Assembly: GCA_022614695.1 (NCBI GenBank)
Contig: JAKEIC010000342.1
Coordinates: 4,012-68,011 of the forward strand
DNA from: Planctomycetales bacterium
Lineage (GTDB): Bacteria > Planctomycetota > JAKEIC01
DNA length: 64,000 nucleotides
Direction: 5' to 3'
The number at the start of each line of letters is the position of its first letter. Within the stretch, counting starts at the first letter, position 1. A model generated the notes under the pieces. The model ran no database searches. It was not told the origin of the DNA and saw nothing but the letters and a program-made list of their open reading frames with translations. The translations under genes and the position numbers were made by a program. This document shows, in pieces, positions 46,181 through 55,148 of the stretch.

Positions 46181-47916
46181 CGCCGCGGGGCGGCCGATTC
46201 TCCCTCGCACTCCGCGAGGAGGGCGCGGATCTCGTCGGACCGTGGGTGCTCCGGGGCGAGGCGCAGGAAGGACCGGAGGAGCCCGCTCGCGCGTTCCCGG
46301 TCGCCCGGGCCGCCCCGCTCGGCCAGGGCGCGCCCCAGGTTCGCGAGCACCGGCGGCGCCTCGGGAAGCGCGCGCAGCGCCCCCTCCCAGTCGGCGATCG
46401 CGCCCTCGGGATCCCCGGCGTTCGCTCGGGCGATGCCCCGGTGAGTCAGGGCGACCCCGTGGCCCGGGGCCATCCGGAGGGAAGCCTCGATGTCGGCGAG
46501 GCCCGCCTCCGGGTCGCCCAGTTCCCCTCGCGTGATCCCCCGGTTCACCAGGGCCTCGACGAGCCGGGGGTCGCGCCGCACCGCCGCGTCGAAGTCCTCG
46601 AGCGCGCCCGGAAGGTCGCCCCGGGCCTTCCGCACGTTCCCCCGGACGTAGCGGGCGAACGGGAAGCCTGAGATCCGCGCGAGGGCGGCCTCCGCGTCCG
46701 CCAGGGCGCCCTCCATGTCGCCCGCCCGGAACCGGAGCGCGCCGCGGTTCGCGAGGGCGTCGGCCCAGTCGGGCGACCGCCGGATGGCGGCGTCCATGTC
46801 GGCGAGAGCTCCGGCCCGGTCGCCGAGGGCCTCGAGAGCGATCGCGCGCGCGAGCAGCGCCTCGGGAGCCCCGGGGGCGAGCCGAAGGGCGGCGTCCGCC
46901 TCGCGCAGGCCCCCCGCCGGGTCCCCGAGGCTGTTCCGCGCCTCCGCACAAGCGACGTAGGCCCAGGAGAAGGGAATCCCGATCGCCAGGGCCCGCTCGA
47001 ACTCCCGCAACTCGCCCGTGCGGTCCTCCCGGTCCTGCAGCCGCAGGAGCCACCCCCGGAGCGCCGCCGCTTCCCAGCCCTCCTCCGCCGCGAGGAGGCG
47101 AAGGCCCTCGTCCGATCGTCCGGAGTCGCCCAGGACGAGGGCGCGAGCGAGCCGTCCCCAACGTCCCTCGCCCTTCGCCGCCGCCGCGAGGTCGGGGTCC
47201 TCGATCCCGCCCGCCCACCGCGTGAAGCGCTCGAACGCGCGCCAGAAGCGCGCCTCGGTAGCCTCCGGGGCGTCGTCCGAGACCCGGCCCCACGCGTCCT
47301 GGGCCTCCGCCGACCGTCCCGCGGCCCAGAGGAGGCGGCCCCGCTCGACGAGCCAAGCGTTCCGCCCGGCGTGGGCGGGCTCGAGGGTGAGGGCGCGGCC
47401 CAGGCACTCGGCGCCGGCCGACGGGTCGCTCGCCCGGAGGGCCCCGGCGCGCTCGACAAGGGCCTCGGCCTCGGTAGGACGCCGATCGGGGCCCCGGTCC
47501 GCCGGAGGAGCGACCGGCGTCGGTCGAAGGGCGGCCGCGGCCGACACCGCGACCGTGAGAAGCACCGCCGCCCCGAGGATCCGGCGGCCCGCCCCCGGCG
47601 GCCGCGCGCGCGGGCGCTCTCCGCGGAGCAAGCGTTCGAGGTCGTCGCGGAGGGCTCCCGCGTCTGGGAACCGCGAACGAACGCCCCTCGCAAGGGCCAC
47701 GCGCAGCAGCCGGTCGAGGGCGGCGGGGACGTCCGGGCGGGTCCTCCGGATCGGGGCCGGCTCCCTCGTCAGGATCCCGCCGATCACGGCCGCCGTCGTC
47801 TCCCCGCCCCACGGCGGCCGACCGGCGAGCGACTCGTAGAGGACGACCCCGAGACTCCAGACGTCCGTCCCGGGGCCGAGGCTCGAGACATCGCCGCGAG
47901 CCTGCTCGGGAGACAT
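46177..47916 (-). CDS. kinase C-lobe-fragment - TM - TPR-repeat protein, paralog 6 (possibly 5'-degraded)
   Basis: First ATG gives MSPEQARGDVSSLGPGTDVWSLG... Homologous FLTDFGLAKSVATGSRF coding continues in frame upstream to about 48060 with no ATG/GTG/TTG. Confidence 0.55.
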   Translation of the reverse strand: MSPEQARGDVSSLGPGTDVWSLGVVLYESLAGRPPWGGETTAAVIGGILTREPAPIRRTRPDVPAALDRLLRVALARGVRSRFPDAGALRDDLERLLRGERPRARPPGAGRRILGAAVLLTVAVSAAAALRPTPVAPPADRGPDRRPTEAEALVERAGALRASDPSAGAECLGRALTLEPAHAGRNAWLVERGRLLWAAGRSAEAQDAWGRVSDDAPEATEARFWRAFERFTRWAGGIEDPDLAAAAKGEGRWGRLARALVLGDSGRSDEGLRLLAAEEGWEAAALRGWLLRLQDREDRTGELREFERALAIGIPFSWAYVACAEARNSLGDPAGGLREADAALRLAPGAPEALLARAIALEALGDRAGALADMDAAIRRSPDWADALANRGALRFRAGDMEGALADAEAALARISGFPFARYVRGNVRKARGDLPGALEDFDAAVRRDPRLVEALVNRGITRGELGDPEAGLADIEASLRMAPGHGVALTHRGIARANAGDPEGAIADWEGALRALPEAPPVLANLGRALAERGGPGDRERASGLLRSFLRLAPEHPRSDEIRALLAECEGESAAPRR

Positions 47917-48100
47917 GTAGCTCGGGGTCCCGAGCGCCTGGCCGCTCCGGGTGAATCTCGAGCCGGTCGCGACGGACTTCGCGAGGCCGAAGTCGGTGAG
48001 GAAGGCGCAAGGCTCGATGCGAGGAGCCCCTTCGAGGGGCTCAGGGCAAGCCGGCGACGCGGCCAGGGCGTTGGCGACGTCGCGCGCGCGCTCGATGGCG

Positions 48101-48391
48101 CTACTCCGCGAGCTGCTCTCCGGCCTTCTCGACGTCCCCGCGGCGGCCGATGAGTGTCACGCGATCGCCCTCCGCCAGGACGGTCGCCCCGTCCGGGATG
48201 AGCAGGTCCCGCCCGCGTCGGATCGAGATGATCAGGGCGTCCTTCGGAAGCCGCATCTCCCGGAGGTGCTTCCCGACGAGGCCCGACTCGGCCGACACGT
48301 CCACGTGGCGCAGCTCCGAGTCGTGTTCCACGAGGTCGCGGAGAAGCTCCTCGAGATCCGTGCGGATGGTGGCGAGATCACGCTTGGGCAC
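48101..48391 (-). CDS. stand-alone TrkA-C (RCK_C) domain protein
   Basis: 96 aa. LVGKHLREMRLPKDALIISIRRGRDLLIPDGATVLAEGDRVTLIG. GTG start with AAGGAGG SD. Confidence 0.7.
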   Translation of the reverse strand: MPKRDLATIRTDLEELLRDLVEHDSELRHVDVSAESGLVGKHLREMRLPKDALIISIRRGRDLLIPDGATVLAEGDRVTLIGRRGDVEKAGEQLAE

Positions 48392-48408
48392 GGGCGCCTC
48401 CTTCGGGT

Positions 48409-48501
48409 TGGCGGAGAGGCGGGGATTCGAACCCCGGAGGCAGGTATAACCCGCCTAACGGCTTAGCAAGCCGCCGCATTCGACCACTCTGCCACCTCTC
48501 C
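48409..48501 (-). tRNA. tRNA-Ser (anticodon GCU)
   Basis: 93 nt. Acceptor GGAGAGG/CCUCUCC, discriminator G plus encoded CCA. Anticodon loop UUGCUAA. Long variable arm GGCGGG-UUAUA-CCUGCC. T-loop GGGGUUCGAAUCCCC. Confidence 0.85.
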
Positions 48502-48533
48502 GGGCAGTGAGGACGGGGGAGTATACCAGGGGA

Positions 48534-49103
48534 TCAGAGGGCCGGTTGGCCCAGGACGTAGCCCACCTTCCGCGCCCACTGGGACTCGGGCCAGCGGTCC
48601 ATGATCCGACGCCACGGCTCTTTCGCCGCGTCCAGCTCCTTCTTCTGCCGCACGCGGCTGATCCCCCACCAGTAGCAGGCCTCGGGGGCCCGCTCGGCGC
48701 CGGGGGCGTCGGCCACCTGCCGGAACAGCTCGTGCGCCTCGTCGTAGCGCTTCTCGCCCATCGCGAGGATCGCGCGGCCGAACGTGAGCTCCGGCAGGAG
48801 GTCGCGCGGGGGGAGGTACCCGACCACGAGGTGCGCCGGCCTCTCGTCGGCATCCGTCACGACGAGCCCGGGGAGCCAGCGCACGTTCAGCTTCTTGGAC
48901 AGCTCGATGTGCTTCCCGCTCTCGAGCCTCGCGGGGACGAACCTCTCCGAGATCTCCTTCTCGACGGCCGGGTCTGGATACGTCACGGCATCCATCGTCT
49001 TGCAGCCGAGTCACGTCGGGCTGTGCAGGAAGAGGAAGATCGGCTTCCCGGTCTCCTTCGCCCTCTTGCGGGCCTGGTCCCAGCTCTCGGTCCAGGGGAT
49101 CAT
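48534..49103 (-). CDS. thioredoxin-fold (Thioredoxin_7/DsbD-gamma-like) selenoprotein with U-L-G-C redox motif. In-frame TGA at 49011..49013.
   Basis: ATG 49103 with AAGGAGG SD. MIPWTESWDQARKRAKETGKPIFLFLHSPT-TGA-LGCKTMDAV... continues in the same frame into ORF 48534..48995. TGA sits exactly at the first-Cys position of the family WCxxC motif. Confidence 0.7.
48976..48993 (-). other. SECIS-candidate hairpin 17 nt downstream of UGA 49011..49013
   Basis: GGAUGC-CGUGAC-GUAUCC (6-bp stem including one G-U, 6-nt loop). Confidence 0.3.
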
Positions 49104-49157
49104 CTCGGCCTCCTTCGCTGCCGGCGCACCGGGGTCCAGTATAGTGCGCCGGTTTCC

Positions 49158-51851
49158 ATGCGCACGGCCCGCCCGCTCGCGTTCCTCGCGGCCGCCTTCG
49201 GGGCCGCCCCGGGCTCCGCCGCGCCCCCGCAAGCGGCCGGAAGGCTCCTCCGCGAGGTCCTCCCGAACGGGGCGACCGTCCTCGTCCAGGAGGTCCGCGG
49301 GGGCGGCGCCGTCGCCGTGATCGCGCTCCTCCGGGGCGGGGTCGCCGCCGAGGACCCGACGAGGCCGGGGGCGGCGCGCCTGATGGTCCACTCGATGATC
49401 CGGGGGTCCGAGAGGTATCCCGGGGGCGGGGCGGCCGCGGCCCTCGTCCGCGTCGGTGGCGAGCTCCAGGCCGGGGCCGAGGCGGACGCCTGCTGGATCT
49501 CCGCGACCGCGCGGGCCGCGCACGCACGGATCGCCCTCGACGTCGTGGGGGACGCCCTCCGCCGGCCCGCCTTCGCCGAGGCCGAGGTGGCCGCCGCGCG
49601 CGGGCTCCTCTCGGCGGAGGCGGCGCGCCGGGCCGCCGATCCCTCGGAGCGGGCCGCCGGCGACCTCCGTGCCCTCGCGTTCGCGGACCACCCCTACGCC
49701 CGCCCGCTCGCCGGGTCTCCCGAGGGGCTCCGTGCGACCGACCGCGCGTCGCTCGTCTCGGCGGCCGCCCGCGCGACGGCGGGCGGGGCCGTCGTGCTGG
49801 TGGTCTCGGGGGACATCCCCGCCGCCGAGGCGCTCGCGGCGGCGAAGGCGGCCGTCGGCCCGCTCGCGGCCGCGCCGGCGCCCGCGCCCCCCCCGCTCCC
49901 CCGCGGGTTCCCCGGCGCCCGCGCGAAGGCTCTCGTGGGGCCCGCGCCCGCGCTCCGGTTCGGCCTCCTCGTCCCGGGCCGTCGTCACCCCGACGCGCCG
50001 GCGTGCGAGATCCTGGCGCGCCTCTGGAACGCCCGGGTCTACAGCTACGGCGTCGCTCGCGACCGGCTCGCGTCGAGCGCCTGGGCCGGGTACGAGCCCC
50101 ACGCGGACCTCGGGCTCCTCTCCGCGGCGGCCGTGCCGCCCTTGCCGCCCGTGCCCGGGGGCCTCACCCGACTCGAGATCCTCCTGACCGAGGCTCTCGG
50201 CGAGGTCCGACGGTGCGAGATCAAGCCGGAGGAGTTCGAGCGCGTGCGGCTCCGCCTCGAGCGGGAGGATCTTCACGGATCGGAGTCCGCGCTCGGTCGC
50301 GCCTACCGCCTCGCCCGCGCCGAACTCTGCGGGGGGCTCCGCCATGCCGTCACCTGGCGGCAGAGGGTCCGCCAGACGACTCTCGCCGAGGTCCGCAAGG
50401 CGGCGGAGCGCTACCTCCAGCTCCCGAACCTCGCCGTCGTGCGCGTGGTCCCTCCGGGCGAAGGCGAGCCGGATCCGGACCTGCGCATCCGGCTCGTGAA
50501 CGCCCGGGGGCGCCTCGGGGAGGAGGCGACCCCGGCCGGGCTCGATCTCGGGCGGGCGACGTTCTCCCCCACCGCCGCCGGCGAGGCGCCGCCGGTCCCT
50601 GCGGGCGAAGGACCGACCGAGTCGGCGACGCCTGCCCCAGCGACCCTCGCGAACGGCCTCCGGGTGGTCGTCCGGACGGACCGCTCCCTCCCGGTCGTGG
50701 CGTGCGGGCTCTTCTTCCCGGGAGGGACCGAGGCGGAGCCCCCGCAGGCTTCCGGGACGGCCGCCCTCGTCCTCCGGACCCTCTTCCGGGGCTCACGGGA
50801 GCTCTCCCGGGCGGCGATCGAGGCGGCGGTGGAGAGGTTCGGGGCGCCGCTCGAGGTCCGCGTCCTCCCCGACTACGCCTCGGCGATCGCCGCCGCGCCC
50901 GCGGAGGAGCTGGAGGGCCTCCTCGGGCTCCTCGCCTCGTGCGTCACCGATCCGGTCCTCTACGACGCCGAGTGGGAGACGGCGCGGGCGGGTCTCCTCG
51001 CGGAGGCGCGGGAGGCGCCGCCGCGGGAGGCGGCGTGCCACCTCGCCCGGGCCCGCGTGTACGGCGGCCACGCCTGCGGCCTCCCGGCGAACGGGACTCC
51101 CGGGGGACTGGCCACCTCGACGCGCTTCGGGGACGGCGTCCCCTTCCTCTGGCGCGCGCTGCGGCCCGACCGGTCGGTGCTGGCGGTCGTCGGGGACGTG
51201 TCGCCTGCCGAGGCGCTCGCGGCGGCCGCGCGGGCCTTCGGCTCGTGGCGGGCTCCCCCCGGGCTCCCCGAGGCGCGCCCGCCCGCGCCGGGAGCCGCCC
51301 TCCCCGGCGAGGTCGCGGGGGTGAGCGACCGGCCGGAGGGCGCCGTGGCGCTCGCCCTCCCGTGGCCGCGCTTCGGGTCCCCGGAGTACGCGGCGGGCTC
51401 GCTCCTCGCCTCCGCGCTCGCGTGGAGGCTCCGCCGCGACCTCGTCGAGGGAGCGGGGACGGCGGCGGAGGCCTCGGTCGAGCGCGAGGGGCTCCCCGAC
51501 GGCGGCGCGATGTTCGTGCTGCTCCGCGCCGGGCCGGGGCGGCTGGCGGAGGTCCGGGCCGCGGCCGAGCGCCACCTCGCGCGGCTCCGGGAGGCCGGGC
51601 TGCCCCTCCCGGAGATCGAGGAGACCCGGTCTTGGATGGCCGGCGCGAGCGTGCTGGGGCTCGAACTGCGCGCCGCGCGCGTCGCCGCCCTCGGCCGCTC
51701 GGTGATGCGGGCGGGGCGGCCCGACGCGGACGAGGCCTACTTCTATCGCCTCGAGAGGGTGACGCCCGAGTCGGCCGCCGCACTCGCGAAGACGCTCCTC
51801 GACCCGTCGCGCCTGGTCGTGGCGACGGTGGCCCCTCGGGGCACGAAGTGA
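49158..51851 (+). CDS. M16-family (pitrilysin-like) two-unit protein lacking HxxEH (probably non-catalytic)
   Basis: Signal peptide MRTARPLAFLAAAFGAAPGSAA. Two M16-like halves. No HxxEH found in either half. Confidence 0.75.
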   Translation: MRTARPLAFLAAAFGAAPGSAAPPQAAGRLLREVLPNGATVLVQEVRGGGAVAVIALLRGGVAAEDPTRPGAARLMVHSMIRGSERYPGGGAAAALVRVGGELQAGAEADACWISATARAAHARIALDVVGDALRRPAFAEAEVAAARGLLSAEAARRAADPSERAAGDLRALAFADHPYARPLAGSPEGLRATDRASLVSAAARATAGGAVVLVVSGDIPAAEALAAAKAAVGPLAAAPAPAPPPLPRGFPGARAKALVGPAPALRFGLLVPGRRHPDAPACEILARLWNARVYSYGVARDRLASSAWAGYEPHADLGLLSAAAVPPLPPVPGGLTRLEILLTEALGEVRRCEIKPEEFERVRLRLEREDLHGSESALGRAYRLARAELCGGLRHAVTWRQRVRQTTLAEVRKAAERYLQLPNLAVVRVVPPGEGEPDPDLRIRLVNARGRLGEEATPAGLDLGRATFSPTAAGEAPPVPAGEGPTESATPAPATLANGLRVVVRTDRSLPVVACGLFFPGGTEAEPPQASGTAALVLRTLFRGSRELSRAAIEAAVERFGAPLEVRVLPDYASAIAAAPAEELEGLLGLLASCVTDPVLYDAEWETARAGLLAEAREAPPREAACHLARARVYGGHACGLPANGTPGGLATSTRFGDGVPFLWRALRPDRSVLAVVGDVSPAEALAAAARAFGSWRAPPGLPEARPPAPGAALPGEVAGVSDRPEGAVALALPWPRFGSPEYAAGSLLASALAWRLRRDLVEGAGTAAEASVEREGLPDGGAMFVLLRAGPGRLAEVRAAAERHLARLREAGLPLPEIEETRSWMAGASVLGLELRAARVAALGRSVMRAGRPDADEAYFYRLERVTPESAAALAKTLLDPSRLVVATVAPRGTK

Positions 51852-54232
51852 GCCACGGGCGTCGGGCCCTCCTCGGGGTGGCGGCCGCGGGGGTCCTTCC
51901 CGTCGTGGTCCTCTTCTGGGGGACCCTCGGGGAGGACACGATGGTGCACGGCCACGACGTGGCCCTGCAGCTCCACCCGCTCGGCCGGCTCGGGCGCGAG
52001 TGCTGGTCGCGCGGCGAGCCGCCCTTCTGGAATCCCTCGGTCTGGTGCGGGACCCCCTACCTCGCCCCGGCGAACCTCGGGGCGCTGGCTCCGCTCTCGC
52101 TCCTCACGGTGCCGCTCCCGCTCGAGACCGCCATCACGCTCCAGGTCGTCCTGGCCCTCTGGCTCGCCTTCTCGGGCGCGGCGCTCCTCGCCTGGTGGCG
52201 GACACGGGACCCCGTGGCCGCGGCGGTGGCCGGCTCGGTCTTCGCCTTCGGGGGCTCCGTCGTCACGCGGGTCCTTGCCGGCCACGTGACGGTCCTCGGG
52301 ACCCTCGCGGCCCTCCCGTTCCTGCTCCTCGGGGCGGAGATGCTCCTTTCAGGGGGCGGGGCCGGCGCGGCGGCGCTCGTCGCCCTCTCGACCGCCCTCC
52401 TGGTCGTAGGTGGCACTCCCCAGCTCGCGTACCTCGGGGCGCTCGTCCTCGGGGCGCGGCTCCTCGCCGGCGCCCTCGCCGCCCGCCGGCAGGGCGCCCC
52501 GTGGCCCGCGAGCGCGCGGCCGGTCGCCTGGGCCGTGCTCGGCGGCGTGCTCGGGGTCCTCCTCTCCTCCCCGCAGCTCCTCCCCGGGTTCGAGTACGCC
52601 CGCGAGTCGGTGCGCCATGAGGGTCTCGACGTCGCGAACGCCCTCTACGGCTCGGTGGGTCCGGCGCACCTCGCCTACTACCTGTTCCCGTTCGCGTCCG
52701 GGGATCCGAGCGGACTCCACGGGAATCCCATGGTCCGCGGGGCGCCGGGAGACGCGGTGAACGAGGGCCTCGTGCCCTACTGGGAGCTCTCCGGATTCGT
52801 CGGGGTGACCGCGCTCGCCCTCGCGGGGGTCGCGGTCGCGTCGCGTCGCGGGAGGTTCTGGGCGGCCCTCGCCGCGGCCGCGGTCGTGGGGAGCCTCGCC
52901 TACACGCTCCCGTTCTACCGCTGGGCCTACGAGCTCCTCCCGGGGTTCCGGCTCTTCCGGGTCCCGGGCCGGCTCCTGATCCTCGCGGGGTTCGCGCTCG
53001 CGATGGCCGCGGCGGAGGGGCTGGCGGCGCTCCGGGCCGAAGGGACGGCCGGGGACCTGGCGCGGCGACGGGCGTGGCCCGTCGCGATCGGTCTCGGAAT
53101 CGTGCTCCTCGTCGTCACCGCCCTGCTCCCCGGCGTGACCCGGGCGACGATTGGCTCGCCGCCCATCGAGGGCGAGGGGCAAGAAGACTCGCTCGCCATG
53201 GCGTGGGTCCCCGCGCTCCTCTTCGCCGCGCTGGCGCTCGGGCTCCGCAAGGCCCCCGCCGGTGCGCGCGCGGCGGTGCCGGCCCTCGCGGGGCTCCTCG
53301 TCCTCGAGCTCTTCTTCTTCGCACGACCGTTCGTCGGCCCCATCGCCCCCTCCGACACTCTCTGGGCGCCCGGCGCGCGGCAGTTCCTCGAGCGCGAGAC
53401 GGGCGGCTGGCGCGTGGACGTGGCGATGGGCCCGGCCGACTACCGCGTGCGCCCGAACGAGCCGGTCCGGAACGGCTTCCGCTCCTGCGGGGGCTACGAC
53501 CCGGCCGTGCTCCGCCGAACGATGGAGGTCTACAACCTGGCGAACGGCGAGCCGGCCGAGCGGCCGCGGTTCGTCTCCGTGATCGAGAGGATCACGCACC
53601 TGACGCCGCTCCTCTCGTGCCGGTACGTCTTCGCCCGGGCGCCGCTCTCGTCGGCGTGGCGGGAAGTCTGCTCGGCCGAGGGGCTCCGGGTGTACGAGAT
53701 GCCGGTGGCGCCGCTCCCGCGGGCGTATCTCGTCCGGCGGGCCCGGGTCGCCGAGGGGCGCGACGCGGTGCTCGCGCGGCTCTCCGACTCGTCGTTCCGG
53801 CCGGGTCTCGAGGCGGTCGTCGAGGAGGCCGGGGCCGCGCTCGACGGGCTGCCGGCCGCCGCCCCGGGGCCCGCCCGGATCGTGGAGGACCTGCCGCACC
53901 GGGTCGTGGTGGAGGCGGAGGCGGCCGTCCCGTCGCTCCTCGTCCTGCTCGATTCCTGGTACCCGGGCTGGGAGGCGACCGTGGACGGCGAGCCGGCGCC
54001 GATCCACCGCGCCGACCACGCCTTCCGGGGAGTCCGGCTCTCACCGGGGACTCACCGCGTCGAGTTCGTCTACCGATGCGCTCCGTTCCGGAGGGGGCTC
54101 GGGCTGGCGGGGCTTGGCGGCGCGGGAGTCCTCGCCCTTCTGGCGATCGCCTGGCGCGGCCGGCGGCGCTCCGGGCCACCGGGGGTCGCGGGCGCGCCCG
54201 CCCTCACGCCCGCCGCGCCACCACCTCGATGA
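51848..54232 (+). CDS. YfhO-family polytopic membrane protein (GT-C-type glycosyltransferase-like)
   Basis: GTG 51848 overlaps the M16 stop (GTGA). 794 aa, more than 12 TM. C-terminal LLVLLDSWYPGWEATVDGEPAPIHRADHAFRGVRLSPGTHRVEFVY typical of YfhO. Confidence 0.75.
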   Translation: MSHGRRALLGVAAAGVLPVVVLFWGTLGEDTMVHGHDVALQLHPLGRLGRECWSRGEPPFWNPSVWCGTPYLAPANLGALAPLSLLTVPLPLETAITLQVVLALWLAFSGAALLAWWRTRDPVAAAVAGSVFAFGGSVVTRVLAGHVTVLGTLAALPFLLLGAEMLLSGGGAGAAALVALSTALLVVGGTPQLAYLGALVLGARLLAGALAARRQGAPWPASARPVAWAVLGGVLGVLLSSPQLLPGFEYARESVRHEGLDVANALYGSVGPAHLAYYLFPFASGDPSGLHGNPMVRGAPGDAVNEGLVPYWELSGFVGVTALALAGVAVASRRGRFWAALAAAAVVGSLAYTLPFYRWAYELLPGFRLFRVPGRLLILAGFALAMAAAEGLAALRAEGTAGDLARRRAWPVAIGLGIVLLVVTALLPGVTRATIGSPPIEGEGQEDSLAMAWVPALLFAALALGLRKAPAGARAAVPALAGLLVLELFFFARPFVGPIAPSDTLWAPGARQFLERETGGWRVDVAMGPADYRVRPNEPVRNGFRSCGGYDPAVLRRTMEVYNLANGEPAERPRFVSVIERITHLTPLLSCRYVFARAPLSSAWREVCSAEGLRVYEMPVAPLPRAYLVRRARVAEGRDAVLARLSDSSFRPGLEAVVEEAGAALDGLPAAAPGPARIVEDLPHRVVVEAEAAVPSLLVLLDSWYPGWEATVDGEPAPIHRADHAFRGVRLSPGTHRVEFVYRCAPFRRGLGLAGLGGAGVLALLAIAWRGRRRSGPPGVAGAPALTPAAPPPR

Positions 54233-55085
54233 TGTCGTAGGGGTTCACGTAGACCCGCCCGGGGAGCCCGAGGAGCCGGCCCGCCGACGCGAACGCCCGG
54301 GCGAGGCCGGGCAGGTAGAGCCGGATCCGGCGCACGAAGAGGTCGCCCGTCACGAACTTCCCGACGTAGCGCTCGCGGATCGGCCGGAGCCCGGAGCGGC
54401 GCAGCAGCCCGCGGAGGGTCCGGCGCGAGAAGTAGCTCAAGTGTTCGCCGGGGCTCTTCCACCCCATCCAGGAGGCGCCGGTCGCCCGGGCCGTGGGGGC
54501 CTCGACGTCCGGGGTCGTGAGGACGCACAGCCCCCCAGGCCGGAGCGCCGAGGCGACGCGCACGAGGGCGGCCGCCGGGTCGGCGAAGTGCTCCACCACG
54601 TCGTAGAGGACCGCCCAGTCGAACGAGGCCGGCGGGAGGGAGGCGTCCTCCAGCGGCCCCGTCCGGACGTCGAGCCCGAGCCCCTCCCGCGCGTGGCGGG
54701 CGGCGGTGTCGGAGAGCTCGATCCCCGTCCCGACGAACCCGAGTCGCCGCGCCTCGTCGAGGAAGAAGCCGTGGGCCTCGCCGACGGAGAGCACCCGGCC
54801 GGGCGGGGCGAGCCGCACGAGGTCCCGGAGACGCCTCCGGAACGTCGCGCGGATGTTCCCCTCGTCGGCGAGGTAGTCGGTGTAGCCCACCTCGCGGGAG
54901 TCGGCGCTTCGGAAGTACGCCTCGCCGTAGAAGGCGAGGAGCCCGTCGCGCGTCGGCGCCTCGGGGACGTAGAGCAGCCCGCACGCGGCGCAGCGGACGA
55001 GGGCGAGGGTCGGAAGCCGGGGGCCGGGGAGGCTCGCGGCTCCCCCGCAGGCGGGGCAGGGGCGGGCGGGGGGGGCGGCGGCCAC
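54204..55085 (-). CDS. class I SAM-dependent methyltransferase with N-terminal Cys4 zinc ribbon
   Basis: CPACGG...CAACG. VLSVGEAHGFF (motif I), LYDVVEHF. Confidence 0.8.
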   Translation of the reverse strand: MAAAPPARPCPACGGAASLPGPRLPTLALVRCAACGLLYVPEAPTRDGLLAFYGEAYFRSADSREVGYTDYLADEGNIRATFRRRLRDLVRLAPPGRVLSVGEAHGFFLDEARRLGFVGTGIELSDTAARHAREGLGLDVRTGPLEDASLPPASFDWAVLYDVVEHFADPAAALVRVASALRPGGLCVLTTPDVEAPTARATGASWMGWKSPGEHLSYFSRRTLRGLLRRSGLRPIRERYVGKFVTGDLFVRRIRLYLPGLARAFASAGRLLGLPGRVYVNPYDIIEVVARRA

Positions 55086-55148
55086 GCGGAGATTCTAGGA
55101 TCGTCCGGTGTTGAACCGACCGCGAGGACGTGCGACAAGGCCCGGCCG

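Noticed and set aside
45881-48010. Upper part of 709-aa minus ORF and plus ORFs 46092..46535, 46246..46671, 47018..47839, 47371..48153
   Set aside because: Off-frame or antisense to paralog 6. Only the 99-codon tail (45881..46180) was kept, at low confidence.
48409-48501. Possibility that the tRNA is tRNA-Sec (selC)
   Set aside because: Anticodon loop UUGCUAA gives GCU, not UCA. The acceptor stem is 7 bp and the architecture is standard type-II tRNA-Ser.
49011-49013. Reading the in-frame TGA as a true stop (split gene or pseudogene)
   Set aside because: The stop would sit exactly at the first Cys of the thioredoxin active site. The upstream piece has its own strong SD and the downstream piece continues the fold in frame. 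Sec recoding explains all three observations. Held open as an alternative for the 63343..63354 double-TGA case.
49011-54019. 444-aa minus ORF upper part, 50003..51847 portion of the 1409-aa ORF, minus ORFs 50350..51939, 52349..54019, 53592..54179 and others
   Set aside because: Off-frame or antisense to the M16 and YfhO genes. Of 49011..50345 only the last 30 codons are real (N-terminus of selenoprotein 1).
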